Shown here in pieces: positions 37,485-48,240 of a stretch of 64,000 nt of DNA; the stretch's first letter is position 1, and every line of letters starts with the position of its first letter. The stretch comes from an uncultured cyanobacterium (lineage in GTDB: Bacteria > Cyanobacteriota > Cyanobacteriia > Cyanobacteriales > CAWUOF01): the NCBI GenBank assembly GCA_963744145.1, contig CAVUSO010000001.1, positions 5,184,001 to 5,248,000 of the forward strand, given 5' to 3'. A program made the translations under genes and the position numbers. The notes under the pieces are model-generated. The model made no database searches. It was not told the origin of the DNA and saw nothing but the letters and a program-made list of their open reading frames with translations.

Positions 37485-40481
37485 TCATAAATATCTTTTC
37501 ACTTCCGTTAAAAACGCTAATAAATTAAAACTTTTCTTTCCTCTCATCTGGTTTAATAAAGAAAGTTTCCCAACTGAGTCATCTCCAATTAAGTTTTCAT
37601 AGGGATCAAGTTTGAGACTAATATCCCTAGCTTTTTCATAACGAGAAAAATGAAATAGAGTCAAATACTGCAAGATGTCGTTTTTTAGGGTTGTATTAGA
37701 AATAAGTCCCATCCGAATATCTTCATCATCTAAAATACCCTGATAAATTTCTAGAAGTGTTGCATAAGAAATTACACCTCGATAGTTTCGTTCTTCATCT
37801 TTACCGACTTTCAATCCATTAAACAAATTAAAAAAGACTACGGATTTTTTACTGCGATCGGCAACTAAATTCGTTAATTCTAAAGTATCTTGGATATATA
37901 ACGATGTAGTTTTCAATTTTTCTAGCATTACTACATAATACTTATCAAAAAAGATCGGATAGATTTTGATATCTTCATAACTTGCTTTTAAAGTGCGGAT
38001 CACATTGGGGGACATGAAAAATAAACCATCGTCATCTTCCGTTTTGGTCATGTGTAAGGTGCTAGTGTAGGGAGCTTTAGCAATATATAAAAAATGTCTA
38101 TATCCTAGTCGATACAGTTGACTGATTTTATCCCTAACTACGGTAGGATCTCTAAACATATCCTCATGATTATAGTTACCTGAAAAAGTTCCAAGTAACT
38201 GAACTCTTACCCCATCATCAATTCGTTTTAATCCCACAATTTCCCCAATTAAATTAGATTTCTTATAATTGCTTCCCCATCTAGCATCACTTGCTCGACT
38301 CGAAACAATAATAATTGCTAATTGATTTAAGTCTGGACAACTTGGAGGATGATTAAAGTGAAATTTTTTCGGTAATATAGAGTAAAGAGAACTGAGGACA
38401 TTAGGAATTTTGTAGTTTAAATTACCGCTAATATCAACTCCCTGAGCATTAGCACGATGTTCTTCATTAAGTAAATGGGATAATACCTTAGAAAAAGATA
38501 CCATAAAGGTTTCGATCGCGGTACTATTTTGTTTATTATTTAAGTGCAGACGTAGGATCGGAATAAATAACCGATTTTTGGTATAACTCAGGATCACTTG
38601 CACAGATAAATAAGCAAGCAAAGCAAAGGTAAATTGATAAACAAAGGTCTTTTGTTCCTTCAGATTGTTGCGCTCTAAACTATAAGGGAATAAAATTAAT
38701 TTCCGCTGCAAATTGTCAGAAATTTTTTGACACTGGGGTTCTTTGGGAACAAAAACAATGGGTAAGGTATTAATCCCGGTCAGATCATAATTCATCGAGA
38801 AACTTGGTTGAATATCAGTAGTAAAATAAGGAATATCACTAATAGTAATATTTGCAGTTAGGGTACAGAGAGAACTGGTAGAAGTATGGGTTTGATCCGA
38901 TAGATGAGCATCTCCGATCGCGATATATTTAAGCACATCCTTAGCATTTTCTCTGAGAATAGGTTTAAAAAAAGTATCGCGATCGCAAATTTTCTGAAAG
39001 TCCTGTTCTAAAATTCCTTTCTTAATCGAAATATGGAGAGGATAATTTTGGGTCTTCAAAGGAGTTTTCCGACTCAGAACATTTCTCAATAAATGTTTTA
39101 ATTGCTCAATCTTAGCACCAATTTGATAAGATTCCATCCCCTGTTTAATTCCAGCAAAAATTCTTTGCTTTGCTCCATCATCATTTCCTTGGAGCAGGGG
39201 AAGTACCCTAGTTTCAAAATTGGGAATTGGATTATACTCTAAATCAGACTCAGGGGTATAACCTGGTGTATTTGGGTCAACAGTAGCAAAGATAAAATAA
39301 TATAAAAAAGCTAACCTTAATACCTTTTTTGCAAAACCTTCTTTGGTCAATGGATCATTTAGTTCTGCTTGATGTGTTTGACTCTTGGGATCAATAATAT
39401 TCAGATAATACTCAAACGGAGTTTTTCCTCCTCGGGACTGGACGGGATTATTGAATTTGAGTTTCAACCCAAAAATAAACTGTAAATATTCCTGAGTTTC
39501 TGAGGTACTTTCTCCCAAATATCCTTCCACGATCGGGACAATCGGTAACATTTCAAATGCTTCACTTCGAGCAAACCAGTCTCGATAGTTAAGGGTGATT
39601 CCTCCATAATTTACTTGATAATACCCATCCCCTTTTTCTAGATCACTAATATAATCGTTAATTAATTTAAGTCGTCTAATTAAATCTTGCAAATAAAATC
39701 CACCGGGACTATTAGTGGAACTAATTTTAATATTGGTTTGCAAAAACTCTAAATAATTGATCTGAGCTTGTTTTTTCAATTTACCTAAAGTTTCGCTATC
39801 GACAATTCGTTTTAAAATGTAAAAATCCGACTGGGGATTTTTCTCTAATTCCTCTAGAATATATCCCAACTCTTCGCGATCGCTAGGATCAGCAAAGTGG
39901 AGATTAATATAATTGGTTAATCCCGTCTGTAATTGTTGATTAAAAGTCTGAGTATGATCAACGGTAATCGTTAATTTGTGTAATTTGAGCACTTCCTGAC
40001 GATCGGACTGATGAGAAAAACTTAATTGCTGCTTTTGTAAATTTTCATAAGTAGGAAACGGATAAGTAAAATCTAATTTTTGGCTCTTCCCTTGAAAAGA
40101 CTGTAACTCCGTAATTAAACTAGCAATAAAATCCTTCACTACATCCGGTTCAGCTTGGGGATTAATCGTGGACTCTAATAATTGTTGACAAAGTTTTTTA
40201 AGTTGTGTTACTATCACCGGAAAACGTTCAGCTAAACTTGAAGTAAAATTAATTGTTGCTACAATAGTGCTAGGTGTAGATGAACCCAGGGGATTATTTA
40301 TGGGTAAATCTGCTACTTGTGCTGCAATACTGTCCAGATCAATCTGCAATTTTTGTCGATCGCTAAATAATCTAAATGGATTGACAAGTTGGGGATTCTG
40401 TAAAACTCCCACCAGTTGATCCAGCAAATCACTATAGTCCACTAAAACTAAATCATTATCATTCCAGTTTAATCTATTCAT
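37485..40481 (-). CDS. Large hypothetical protein, possible divergent MID-PIWI C-terminus
   Basis: 998-aa intact ORF; the product call is inference from motif spacing (see findings). Confidence 0.6.
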   Translation of the reverse strand: MNRLNWNDNDLVLVDYSDLLDQLVGVLQNPQLVNPFRLFSDRQKLQIDLDSIAAQVADLPINNPLGSSTPSTIVATINFTSSLAERFPVIVTQLKKLCQQLLESTINPQAEPDVVKDFIASLITELQSFQGKSQKLDFTYPFPTYENLQKQQLSFSHQSDRQEVLKLHKLTITVDHTQTFNQQLQTGLTNYINLHFADPSDREELGYILEELEKNPQSDFYILKRIVDSETLGKLKKQAQINYLEFLQTNIKISSTNSPGGFYLQDLIRRLKLINDYISDLEKGDGYYQVNYGGITLNYRDWFARSEAFEMLPIVPIVEGYLGESTSETQEYLQFIFGLKLKFNNPVQSRGGKTPFEYYLNIIDPKSQTHQAELNDPLTKEGFAKKVLRLAFLYYFIFATVDPNTPGYTPESDLEYNPIPNFETRVLPLLQGNDDGAKQRIFAGIKQGMESYQIGAKIEQLKHLLRNVLSRKTPLKTQNYPLHISIKKGILEQDFQKICDRDTFFKPILRENAKDVLKYIAIGDAHLSDQTHTSTSSLCTLTANITISDIPYFTTDIQPSFSMNYDLTGINTLPIVFVPKEPQCQKISDNLQRKLILFPYSLERNNLKEQKTFVYQFTFALLAYLSVQVILSYTKNRLFIPILRLHLNNKQNSTAIETFMVSFSKVLSHLLNEEHRANAQGVDISGNLNYKIPNVLSSLYSILPKKFHFNHPPSCPDLNQLAIIIVSSRASDARWGSNYKKSNLIGEIVGLKRIDDGVRVQLLGTFSGNYNHEDMFRDPTVVRDKISQLYRLGYRHFLYIAKAPYTSTLHMTKTEDDDGLFFMSPNVIRTLKASYEDIKIYPIFFDKYYVVMLEKLKTTSLYIQDTLELTNLVADRSKKSVVFFNLFNGLKVGKDEERNYRGVISYATLLEIYQGILDDEDIRMGLISNTTLKNDILQYLTLFHFSRYEKARDISLKLDPYENLIGDDSVGKLSLLNQMRGKKSFNLLAFLTEVKRYL

Positions 40482-40656
40482 CTGACCATCATCATTGAGA
40501 AAAATTTATCGATTTTGCCGACAGATCCAATTATAGTTATAATTCAATATATCCACAAGTAGAAAAACATCACTTGACCATCTCCCATTCTCAACTCTTT
40601 CTACAACATCATCGTGTTTTTGTAAATTAGTAATTAGTTAAAAAAAGGTAAAATTT

Positions 40657-41991
40657 ATGACTCGTCTCAATCAACGTGCTTTTGAAATCCTCCGGACAGA
40701 AGTTCAAAATTGCGCTAAAGCTGCTGGATTAGCTGGACAAGTACACCATGATCTAGTGATGAGAAGATTGGAAAGACTACAACAACAAACAGGAAAAGCA
40801 GCTACATTCTCAGAACTACAAGGAGTAGTAATTGATATTTTTCCCAATTTTAGCGAAAAATCATTACGATCCGCAGCTAAAGCTAACCTTCCACCAGGGA
40901 TCTGGGATAATATCAAGTTTGGTGCTGGACTAATAGTAGGTGGTTTGGGTATGCTGTGGATTGTGAATTTACCTTTTCCCATGATCCGTCAACCAGTAGC
41001 ACAAGTAGCACCAATCTTGCTCTTACCTAGTTTTATTAGTATGGATTATCATTATCGACAAGCGATCGCTTTAGTGGAACAAGCAGATCAGTTAATTAAT
41101 AAAGCTACAGATTATCCAGATATTACAATTGGAGAACAAAAAGTTAAACAAGCTCAACAACATCTAGATGCTTTACCAGTTTGGTTTTTAGGATATTATC
41201 CTCAAGCTTATTGTAGCTTATTTGGTTGTAATTGGCGGTTTACATTAGATGAATTTGAAGTTGCACGTAAACAGGTAGCACGGATGGATGCTATTATCTT
41301 TCAAGAAAAAAATGCCCAAACTAAATTAATTCAAACTGAACAAGCACTCAATGCAGCTAAACAACAATATCAGCAAAGTAAAACCTCAACAGAGCAACAA
41401 CAAGCGATCGCGGATTGGCAAAGTGCGATCGATGAAATGGAACAAATTCCTCCCACAGTATTAAGTCAGCAAATAGTCAGAAATAAATTAAAAGCTGCTC
41501 AAAGAGATTTTAAAGATATGGTCGGTTATGACAATGGTAATAAGCGCACAGGTAGTTTAATTGAAGCAGCAAAAACTTTCGGACTAAAAGCAGCACAATC
41601 TGCCCAAAATCCACCCCATTCAGCTGATGAATGGGCGGAAATTGTTAAACAATGGGAGGAAGCAATTGAACGAATTAAACAAGTACCAGTTCAAGATCCT
41701 GGTTATAACGATGCTCAAATCTTACTAGCTGAATATCAAAAAAATTTAGGTATCACTAGAATTCGTCTTAAGGTTGAACAAAGTTCAGCTGAAGCATTAA
41801 AACAAGCTAAAAATCGGATTGCAAATTGGCGCAGTTTAGCTATTTCTCAGCCTAAAAATCCTCAATTAATTAACGACTTACAAATAATTATTAATGAATT
41901 AGAAGATGTTAAACCGGGCACAACTGCTACTGATGAAGGTAAAGAATTGCTAGAATTTGCCAAGACAAAAATGAAAGAAGTTCAACCTTAA
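40657..41991 (+). CDS. Conserved membrane-anchored helical (TPR-like) protein
   Basis: One TM segment, NLPFPMIR.PVA..AP..LLPS, AQNPPH..EW..W.EAI repeats. Confidence 0.7.
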   Translation: MTRLNQRAFEILRTEVQNCAKAAGLAGQVHHDLVMRRLERLQQQTGKAATFSELQGVVIDIFPNFSEKSLRSAAKANLPPGIWDNIKFGAGLIVGGLGMLWIVNLPFPMIRQPVAQVAPILLLPSFISMDYHYRQAIALVEQADQLINKATDYPDITIGEQKVKQAQQHLDALPVWFLGYYPQAYCSLFGCNWRFTLDEFEVARKQVARMDAIIFQEKNAQTKLIQTEQALNAAKQQYQQSKTSTEQQQAIADWQSAIDEMEQIPPTVLSQQIVRNKLKAAQRDFKDMVGYDNGNKRTGSLIEAAKTFGLKAAQSAQNPPHSADEWAEIVKQWEEAIERIKQVPVQDPGYNDAQILLAEYQKNLGITRIRLKVEQSSAEALKQAKNRIANWRSLAISQPKNPQLINDLQIIINELEDVKPGTTATDEGKELLEFAKTKMKEVQP

Positions 41992-42006
41992 ATTCAGGTA
42001 GAACCA

Positions 42007-42118
42007 GACCTAACCCCCCAACCCCCTTCCCTAGGAGGGAAGGGGGAGTAATTAAGATGATTAAATTAATTAGAGATTTAATAGAATTAATTCTGGCTCC
42101 CCTTTCCTCTGAGGAGAG
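42007..42118. repeat. CCCCTTCCC/GGGAAGGGG REP element
   Basis: GACCTAACCCCCCAACCCCCTTCCCT-AGG-AGGGAAGGGGGAG; same family as the IS4 target at 55644/57498. Confidence 0.75.
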
Positions 42119-42208
42119 TTCATCATGGTGAGGTGGACATTTTAGGTTCAGTGTGTTTTTGACCTCCTTCCATAAAGTGTCTGAAGAGCCCGGAATATTA
42201 AACTTTAC

Positions 42209-42913
42209 CTAAGCTAAATAAGACACCCAAGCAGGTACAATCTCAGGAGAACCATACCATTTACCCTTGACGTTTGGTGAATGTCTAACCTCTGGTAAAA
42301 CCAGATTTTCCGCTCCAGTTAAATGAGCTGCTGCAATCGGTGTAATTCCATCTCCCCAAGTATTAGCAATTCCACAAGTTAATTGATAACTATTATAAGC
42401 TAACCAACTCCCCAAACGTCTTTCGCCATAAATAGACTTACCAGCTACACAAACATAACGAACATCTGGATAAAAAGCACCAGGATAATTATTATTAACA
42501 AAGTCTAAATTTTTGCGAGTCCAGCGCTCATATTTACTAAACTGAGGAGTACCCAAACAAACCAAAGTGCTGACCAAACTATGAGCATTCCATAAACCAG
42601 CATCCTCAGTTACATCTCCATGAATACAATAAGGTTTTTCCCCTAAATAAATCCGGGAAATCCACCCTCCAGCCGAATGACCAATGAGATTAATTTGGTT
42701 AACCTGATATTGTTGTAAAGTTGCTTTAACAGTACGATCGAGTAACCGCAAAATCGGGACAACAGAACGACCCCCTACAGTAGACAGCCAATTCCATTTT
42801 AAGACGGGTACTGTCACCGTCGGAAAACCTAAGTGCTGCAAAACTTGTTCTAATTCAAGATATTCATCAGCACTAGCGAAATAGCCCGGTAAAATAACAG
42901 TTGGCAATGGCAT
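42209..42913 (-). CDS. Alpha/beta hydrolase (lipase/esterase-like)
   Basis: GHSAG nucleophile elbow, LGTP, GDGITP, catalytic His in VRHSP. Confidence 0.85.
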   Translation of the reverse strand: MPLPTVILPGYFASADEYLELEQVLQHLGFPTVTVPVLKWNWLSTVGGRSVVPILRLLDRTVKATLQQYQVNQINLIGHSAGGWISRIYLGEKPYCIHGDVTEDAGLWNAHSLVSTLVCLGTPQFSKYERWTRKNLDFVNNNYPGAFYPDVRYVCVAGKSIYGERRLGSWLAYNSYQLTCGIANTWGDGITPIAAAHLTGAENLVLPEVRHSPNVKGKWYGSPEIVPAWVSYLA

Positions 42914-42931
42914 TGTAAATTTTAGATTTTA

Positions 42932-43660
42932 ATGGTGCAATTAGGCATACTTTACGGTATTAGTGTCGGTCCTGGCGATCCAGAATTAATCACCCTCAAA
43001 GCATTACGGTTACTTAAAAGTGTACCAGTCGTAGCTTTTCCCAAGGGAATCAATCATCAACCAGGTATAGCCCAGCAAATTATCGATCAATGGTTAACTC
43101 CAGAACAAGTACAGTTACCCTTAATTTTCCCTTATGTCCAAGATGATAGCATTCTCGAAGCAGCTTGGCAGCAAGCAGCCTTACAAATTTGGCCCTATCT
43201 CCACCAGGGTCAAAATGTCGCTTTTGCTTGTGAGGGAGATATCAGTTTTTACAGCACCTTTACTTACTTAGCCCAAACATTACAAAAATTATTTCCCCAA
43301 GTCCAAATTCAAACAATACCAGGAGTAGCTTCACCAATGGCTGTAGCTTCAGCTTTGGGTATTCCCTTAACCATTCGTAATCAAAAACTAGCAATTTTGC
43401 CAGCAGTTTATAATATAGAAGAATTAGAAATAGCCTTAATCTGGGCCGATGTGGTAGTCCTCATGAAAGTAAGTTCAGTTTATGAACAGGTTTGGAGTGT
43501 ATTAGAAAAACATGGATTATTAGATCAGAGTTGGGTGGTGGAAAGAGCTAGTACACCATTACAGATTATTTATTCAGGTTTACGCGATCGCCCCAACTTG
43601 AAATTGCCCTATTTTTCCCTCCTCATGATCCAGCTCAATCATCCGCTCAAGAACATTTAG
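42932..43660 (+). CDS. cobI: Precorrin-2 C20-methyltransferase
   Basis: GISVGPGDPELITLKA, EGDISFYSTF, PGV.S, VVLMK. Confidence 0.92.
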   Translation: MVQLGILYGISVGPGDPELITLKALRLLKSVPVVAFPKGINHQPGIAQQIIDQWLTPEQVQLPLIFPYVQDDSILEAAWQQAALQIWPYLHQGQNVAFACEGDISFYSTFTYLAQTLQKLFPQVQIQTIPGVASPMAVASALGIPLTIRNQKLAILPAVYNIEELEIALIWADVVVLMKVSSVYEQVWSVLEKHGLLDQSWVVERASTPLQIIYSGLRDRPNLKLPYFSLLMIQLNHPLKNI

Positions 43661-43674
43661 CAGGCTTGTATATC

Positions 43675-45609
43675 ATGTCTTCTATATCCTACTCGTCAAT
43701 AATTTGGAAGTACCTACCAGAAACTTTCCGTCATCCTACCTTATTAGCCACTTTGGCATCAGTAGGTGTTCATGGACTTTTATGGGGTGTTTTACCGGTC
43801 TTACCTTTGAGTCCTAGCAATTCCGAACTCGACTCTAGACGTACTGTCAAACTGGTGGAGTTAACCTCAGCCGAACAAAATCTTCTACCACAATTTAATC
43901 TGCCTCAATCTACTTCGATTTTTAATCAAAAAGATTTATTATCTACTTTACCACCAGGACCACCGGCGATCGATGTCCCATCTTTACCTGGACTCCAGCC
44001 GGATGTTCAGTTTCAACCCTGGCCCAATATGCAGCCAGAATCTCCTGCTCCACAACTTCCAGCACCTTCGAGCCAAGTACCAAATAATTCTAGTCAACCC
44101 CAATTTCAGGTAGGAATTAATCCGGGAGAATCATCTTTTACACCAAATAACTTAGTGTCTAAGATGATCACCGGATTAAATCAACAGCAAAATCAAGAGC
44201 AAATAAATCCAAACCAGTTCAACCAAAATGACTCCCCCCCTATACCTCTCTGGCAACCACCTATTTTTCTTCAACAGCAAACTATTCCTGAACCAGTAGG
44301 AAATAATCTGGATGAGCAAACAAAGAAACAAAATATAGTTGTAGCGAAAGGAGCTGGTGGAATAGCTCAGGAAGCATTCCGGATCGGAGAACAAGCTCGT
44401 AATGCTGCTGAATTTCAAAAGAGTATCCAAAATGCCCCCCGCTTTCCCTATCGTGGACCAGAACCAGGTATATTTCCAAATCGAAGCGATCGACCTACGG
44501 GAAATGGGCAAATGGCTACCCAATATCAACCAAGTATTGATGCGACCAAAAATTATGGTAATTGGTTAAATGATGTCCAAAATACACACCGCGATCTAAA
44601 AACTGCCAATATTATTCGTGTGATCGCTCCCTATGCTGCCCAACCAGGAAGTCAAAAAATTGAGAGCAAAGCTTTAATTGGAATAGTTATCCAACCTAAT
44701 GGTGAAATAGATCAGTCTAAGTCCAAACTATTAGTAGGAACTAATATTGATTTTCTGGACAAAATCGCTTTACAAGCAGCTTTACAACAAGCGTTAAATA
44801 GCTTTAATCGCCTATCAAATAAAGATAAGCTCACTTCTAGAGCTTATCAAATAGAGGTTTCCTTACAACCAGGCCAATTTTCAAGTAATCAAGGAAATTC
44901 TCCTGGTGTTCAGAAAAATGCTGATCGACAGTCCCAACCTGGGTCAACAACTGGGAGCAATAATTCAACTCAGACTCAACCTGGGTCAACAACTGGGAGC
45001 AATAATTCAGCTCAGACTCAACCTGGGTCAACAACTGGGAGCAATAATTCAGCTCAGACTCAACCTGGGTCAACAACTGGGAGCAATAATTCAGCCCAGA
45101 CTCAACCTGGGTCAACAACTGGGAGCAATAATTCAACTCAGACTCAACCTGGGTCAACAACTGGGAGCAATAATTCAGCCCAGACTCAACCTGGGTCAAC
45201 AACTGGGGGCACCAGTACCACTCAGACTCAACCTGGGTCAACAACTGGGGGCAATAATTCAGCTCAGACTCAACCTGGGTCAACAACTGGGGGCAATAAT
45301 TCAGCTCAGACTCAACCTGGGTCAACAACTGGGAGCAATAATTCAGCTCAGACTCAACCTGGATCAACAACTGGGGGCAATAATTCAGCTCAGACTCAAC
45401 CTGGATCAACAACTGGGAGCAATAATTCAGCTCAGACTCAACCTGGATCAACAACTGGGGGCAATAATTCAGCTCAGACTCAAACACCTTCGACTACACT
45501 CGAGCATAATTCAAAGGGAAATTCTCCGACTAATCAAAGTAATGATGCTCATCATCAGGAAATTCATCCTGACAATCAGGGACATTCAAATATCCCCAAG
45601 GGGAACTAA
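43675..45609 (+). CDS. TonB-like membrane-anchored Pro/Gln-rich protein with repeat tail
   Basis: ASVGVHG TM motif, Pro-rich linker, TonB-C-like IVIQPNGEI..GT..FLDKIA domain. Confidence 0.6.
   Translation: MSSISYSSIIWKYLPETFRHPTLLATLASVGVHGLLWGVLPVLPLSPSNSELDSRRTVKLVELTSAEQNLLPQFNLPQSTSIFNQKDLLSTLPPGPPAIDVPSLPGLQPDVQFQPWPNMQPESPAPQLPAPSSQVPNNSSQPQFQVGINPGESSFTPNNLVSKMITGLNQQQNQEQINPNQFNQNDSPPIPLWQPPIFLQQQTIPEPVGNNLDEQTKKQNIVVAKGAGGIAQEAFRIGEQARNAAEFQKSIQNAPRFPYRGPEPGIFPNRSDRPTGNGQMATQYQPSIDATKNYGNWLNDVQNTHRDLKTANIIRVIAPYAAQPGSQKIESKALIGIVIQPNGEIDQSKSKLLVGTNIDFLDKIALQAALQQALNSFNRLSNKDKLTSRAYQIEVSLQPGQFSSNQGNSPGVQKNADRQSQPGSTTGSNNSTQTQPGSTTGSNNSAQTQPGSTTGSNNSAQTQPGSTTGSNNSAQTQPGSTTGSNNSTQTQPGSTTGSNNSAQTQPGSTTGGTSTTQTQPGSTTGGNNSAQTQPGSTTGGNNSAQTQPGSTTGSNNSAQTQPGSTTGGNNSAQTQPGSTTGSNNSAQTQPGSTTGGNNSAQTQTPSTTLEHNSKGNSPTNQSNDAHHQEIHPDNQGHSNIPKGN
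44929..45483 (+). repeat. 42-bp coding tandem repeat, 13 copies (QTQPGSTTGSNNSA)
   Basis: Head-to-tail CAGACTCAACCTGGGTCAACAACTGGGAGCAATAATTCAGCT units without spacers. Confidence 0.95.
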
Positions 45610-45737
45610 GGTCAACAGCGTTTTCAGTCAGAATGTTAGATTATTAACCAAATACCTTTTAATTAATAAAAACTCAGCTCAACAAAGCTTTGTTTTCAAT
45701 GCCCATGTTAACGTATTACCAAAACGCCCGAAAAAAT

Positions 45738-47885
45738 ATGTGGGCAAAATTGAAAGAAAATTTCTGGGGAAACCATCGGATCTTTATTACTTTTACCAGT
45801 GTTGCTACCTGTGTTCTGATTCTACGTTTTGCAGGATTATTACAGACCTGGGAGTGGGCAGCTCTAGATTTACTTTTTCGGTTGCGTCCTGTTTCAACTG
45901 ATAACAATATAATTATTGTGGGAATTGATGAATCAGATTTACGACAATTTGCTATTGGTAATGCGCTGCTTGAAGATCGCTATCTAGCTCAACTTTTAGA
46001 AAAATTAGCTTTGTCAAAACCTCGGGCTATTGGTCTTGATCTTTTTCGGAACAAACCGATCGGCTCAGGTCAGTCTGAATTACAGAAAGCTTTTAAGTCT
46101 ATACCTAATTTAATCGGAATTGAGAGATTTCCTGATAAAACATCGGAGATTGAAGATACCATACCAGGACCAGCAATTTTAACCGCAGCTAATCGCGTCG
46201 GGTTTAATAATATTCCTCTTGATGATGATGGTAAAGTTAGACGTAGTTTGCTTTACGCGCATATCAAAGACCAGAAACATACAAGTTTTGCTTTAAAACT
46301 AGCTTTAATCTATCTGGCAAAAATAGGTATTAAACCAGAACCAGCAACAAGTAATCCTCAATATTTGCAACTAGGTAAGGCGACTTTTCAAGCTTTTCAA
46401 CCGAATGACGGTGCTTATGTCAGAGCTGATGCTGGTGGTTACCAAATTTTCTGTAATTTTCTTGGTCCTGTTGATACTTTTAAACCTATCTCCATCAGCG
46501 ATGTTCTGTCCGGAAAAGTTTCTTCAGAAGTATTCCGCGATCGCATTGTTTTGATTGGCTCAATTAGTCCAAGTCTCAAGGATCTTTTTTATATTCCCTA
46601 CAGTCAACCCGACAAAATTACTGGGGTTGAACTACACGCTAACTATATCAGTCAAATTATTGAATCCGCTCAATTTGGACGTCCATTAATCAAAGTTTGG
46701 GATAAGTATCTTGAAATTATCTGGATTGGTTTTTGGGCGTTTATTGGCACTAATCTTAGTTGGATCATTCGTGCTCCTCTGAAAGCTGTATTGACTTTAA
46801 TATTAGCAGGATTTAGTCTGACGGGTATTTGTTATTTAGCTTTTTTAAATGGCTGGTGGATTCCCTTAGTTCCCCCGCTATTAACCTTACTTGGTTCTTC
46901 ATTTGTCATCACAGGTTTTATCGCTTATTTGGAAGAAGAGCTAAAGAAATCTAAAGAATTTTTACATACTGTGATTAATACTATACCTGATCCGGTTTTT
47001 GTCAAAGATAAAGAACATCGATGGATTGTTTTAAATGAAGCTTATTGTAAATTTGTCGGATATCCCCTCGAAAAATTAATCAAAAAAACCGATTATGATT
47101 TTTTCAGTAAGCAAGAATCCGATTTATTTTGGCAACAAGAAAACCTAGTTTTTCAAGATGCACAGGAACATGAAAATGAAGAAACCTTTACAGATATTCA
47201 GGGGATTACCCATATAATTGAAACTAAACGATCGCTTCATAAAGATGCGGCTGGAAACCTATTTTTAGTGGGAGTCATTAGAGATATAACTGAGCGTAAA
47301 CGAATTGAAGAAGAATTAAAGAAAACCGCAGCCGAATTAGCTAGTTCTAATGCAGATCTGAGATTAGCCAAAGATTACTTACACCATCTAGCCTATCACG
47401 ACACTTTAACCGGGTTACCCAATCGGAAATTATTTTATGAACGTTTAATTCAATCAATCGAACGGGCATATATTCATAACCAATTAGTAGCCTTATTATT
47501 TTTGGATTTAGATGGATTTAAGGTAATTAATGATACCCAAGGACATAATTTTGGAGATCTTTTACTTAAAGCGATCGCATCTCGTCTGACCGGATGCTTA
47601 CGCAATAGTGACACAGTAGCTCGTTTAGGTGGTGATGAATTTACTGTGATTTTACCAGGTATTCCGAGTAAACAAGATACCATCATTGTGGCCGATAAAA
47701 TTCTCACCACGATTACTCAACCTTTTTTGATTGAGGAACAAACTATTTCGATCACAATCAGTATTGGGATTAGCTTGTTTCCGCTTGATGCAGAAAATTC
47801 AGATACCTTAATTAAAAAAGCTGATCAGGCCATGTATAAGGCCAAAGAAGAAGGTAAAAATACTTATAAGTTTTTTATTTCCTAG
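45738..47885 (+). CDS. CHASE2-PAS-GGDEF diguanylate cyclase
   Basis: IVGIDE, PRAIGLD, DGKVRR, GVELHA (CHASE2); three TMs; PAS; HDTLTGLPNR and RLGGDEF. Confidence 0.93.
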   Translation: MWAKLKENFWGNHRIFITFTSVATCVLILRFAGLLQTWEWAALDLLFRLRPVSTDNNIIIVGIDESDLRQFAIGNALLEDRYLAQLLEKLALSKPRAIGLDLFRNKPIGSGQSELQKAFKSIPNLIGIERFPDKTSEIEDTIPGPAILTAANRVGFNNIPLDDDGKVRRSLLYAHIKDQKHTSFALKLALIYLAKIGIKPEPATSNPQYLQLGKATFQAFQPNDGAYVRADAGGYQIFCNFLGPVDTFKPISISDVLSGKVSSEVFRDRIVLIGSISPSLKDLFYIPYSQPDKITGVELHANYISQIIESAQFGRPLIKVWDKYLEIIWIGFWAFIGTNLSWIIRAPLKAVLTLILAGFSLTGICYLAFLNGWWIPLVPPLLTLLGSSFVITGFIAYLEEELKKSKEFLHTVINTIPDPVFVKDKEHRWIVLNEAYCKFVGYPLEKLIKKTDYDFFSKQESDLFWQQENLVFQDAQEHENEETFTDIQGITHIIETKRSLHKDAAGNLFLVGVIRDITERKRIEEELKKTAAELASSNADLRLAKDYLHHLAYHDTLTGLPNRKLFYERLIQSIERAYIHNQLVALLFLDLDGFKVINDTQGHNFGDLLLKAIASRLTGCLRNSDTVARLGGDEFTVILPGIPSKQDTIIVADKILTTITQPFLIEEQTISITISIGISLFPLDAENSDTLIKKADQAMYKAKEEGKNTYKFFIS

Positions 47886-48240
47886 TTATTTTGCTCGCTC
47901 ATATTTTTAAAGTTAATCAAATTTTAATATATCCTAGCCTAGAAAATCCTGGTCAAAGGCTTGATCATCCGTAATCTTTTTTTGAATGTAGTAATTCAAA
48001 AGTCTTTTACCTACAGAGAAAATACGGAGATAGCTGACATAATTGATCCGATCAAATGACCCAACCTTATTTTAACGAAATAAGTTTAACGAAAACTTTA
48101 CAGTAGCTTAAGACACTAAAATGTTATGACTATAGGTGAAGTACAAAAAACTTAATTAAATAATCCGGTAAATATGGTAGAAAAAAGGGTAGAAAATCTA
48201 ATTGTCAGTGATCAAATCCGTAGATTTACTGATATTATAG

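Noticed and set aside
44929..45483. 42-bp array as a CRISPR array
   Set aside because: Head-to-tail units with no unique spacers, in frame within a CDS; the overlapping ORFs 44837-45487 and 44906-45901 are by-products of the repeat.
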